NCBI GenBank assembly: GCA_021797925.1
Contig: JAJZYS010000001.1
Location: 1 to 37,054 of the forward strand
Length of the DNA: 37,054 nt
From: Bacillota bacterium
GTDB lineage: Bacteria > Bacillota > Sulfobacillia > JAJZYS01
Reading direction: 5' to 3'
Shown: positions 36,201 to 37,054 of the stretch, in pieces
Layout: the number at the start of each line of letters is the position of its first letter
Position numbering within the stretch: position 1 is the stretch's first letter
Notes under the pieces: generated by a model
What the model was told of the DNA's origin: nothing
Database searches by the model: none
The model's input: only the letters and a program-made list of their open reading frames with translations
Position numbers and translations under genes: made by a program

Positions 36201-37054
36201 GGTACCGGGTGGCGCTCACCGGGGGCGGGACGGGCGGTCACATCTACCCGGCCCTGGCCATCGCCAGCGCCCTGGGCGCCGAGGCGGAGCTTTTGTATCT
36301 GGGCAGCCCCACCGGCATCGAGGCCCGGCTGGCCCCCGCCGCCGGCGTCAGGTTCGTGGGTGTGCCCAGCGGCGGGATCCTGGGCAAGCGCGCCGCGGAC
36401 CGGGTGCGCAGCGTCTGGCTCGCCGCCCGGGGGGTGGGGACCGCGCGGCGGGCGCTGCGGGCGTTCGGGCCCCAGGTGGTCGTGGGGACCGGGGGCTACG
36501 TGGCGGGTCCCGTGTGCTTCGCCGCGTGGCTCCTCGGCGTGCCGGTGGTGATCCTCAACGAGGACGCGGTGCCGGGCCTGACCAACCGGCTCCTGGCGCG
36601 CTTCGCCCGCCGGCTCCTGGTTCCTCACGAGGCGGCCGCCCGGGGTTTCGGGGCGCACCGGGGCCTGAGGGTCACCGGCAATCCGGTCCGCGAGGAGGTG
36701 CTGGCGGCGACCCGGGAGGAGGGGCTCGAGCGCTTCGGGCTCGACGCGGGAAGACCCACGGTGCTGGTGACCACCGGAAGCCTGGGCGCGGAACCCGTGA
36801 ACCGGGCGGTGGACGACTGGCTTTCGGGCGGCGAGGTACCCTGCCAGGTGATCTGGGCCACCGGCCCTTCCCATTACGCGCGCCACGCCCGGCACGAGGG
36901 CCCCGGGGTGCGGGTCGTTCCGTACCTCGAGGCCATCGGCGCGGCCTACGCGGCGGCCGACCTGGTCATCTGCCGCGCCGGAGCCATGACCCTGGCGGAG
37001 GTGACCGCCCGCGGCCTGCCGGCCATCCTGGTGCCCTCCCCCCACGTGGTGCGC
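36197..37054 (+). CDS. murG: UDP-N-acetylglucosamine--N-acetylmuramyl-(pentapeptide) pyrophosphoryl-undecaprenol GlcNAc transferase (5' part, runs off the right edge)
   Basis: Not in the ORF track because no stop is reached. The frame from GTG 36197 reads VALTGGGTGGHIYPALAIA...GTGGYVAGP...TGSLGA...ICRAGAMTLAE. GTGA overlap with ftsW. Confidence 0.92.
   Translation, partial: MRYRVALTGGGTGGHIYPALAIASALGAEAELLYLGSPTGIEARLAPAAGVRFVGVPSGGILGKRAADRVRSVWLAARGVGTARRALRAFGPQVVVGTGGYVAGPVCFAAWLLGVPVVILNEDAVPGLTNRLLARFARRLLVPHEAAARGFGAHRGLRVTGNPVREEVLAATREEGLERFGLDAGRPTVLVTTGSLGAEPVNRAVDDWLSGGEVPCQVIWATGPSHYARHARHEGPGVRVVPYLEAIGAAYAAADLVICRAGAMTLAEVTARGLPAILVPSPHVVR

Overview
Very GC-rich chromosomal segment (G+C not computed). 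Almost all genes are on the + strand in tight, often 4-nt-overlapping operons. Gene content points to a high-GC, probably thermophilic, spore-forming Bacillota lineage (inference only): SigI/RsgI, a BofC-like ORF, an S-box riboswitch, hemEHY, and a dcw cluster with a PASTA-bearing class B PBP and an FtsW/SpoVE-family gene. Order left to right: nadE-like 3' end; yebC; a ~490-bp unexplained gap; BofC-like ORF; ruvC-ruvA-ruvB; sigI-rsgI; yajC; a methylmalonyl-CoA cluster (mutase catalytic subunit, epimerase, carboxyltransferase, small subunit, biotin carrier) plus 5-formyl-THF cyclo-ligase; a sigma-A-type promoter and SAM-I riboswitch with terminator, leading a methionine operon (split MetE N and C halves, YitJ-like homocysteine methyltransferase/MTHFR fusion, Cys/Met PLP enzyme); hemE-hemH-hemY joined to it with only a 16-nt gap. 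The only accessory-looking stretch is ~19.7-27.2 kb. It holds a minus-strand secreted alkaline-phosphatase-superfamily protein, divergent from a 1080-aa MMPL transporter with a ~330-aa xxxLxxG heptad-repeat insert. It also holds a ~470-bp ORF-poor region, a 1-Cys peroxiredoxin, tRNA-Ala(CGC) with a duplicated 3' half and a frameshifted tyrosine-integrase tail (scar of an integrative element), and a small Cys4 zinc-ribbon ORF with a strong intrinsic terminator. The window ends with mraZ (preceded by phased GTGGGG repeats), rsmH, ftsL, class B PBP, murE, murF, mraY, ftsW, murG (partial), with murD absent from its usual slot. I found no CRISPR array, no recognisable defence or toxin system and no intact mobile element. 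The hunt items are modest curiosities, not a clear novel system. The many long Arg/Pro/Gly/Ala-rich ORFs in the track are off-frame or antisense shadows of real genes.
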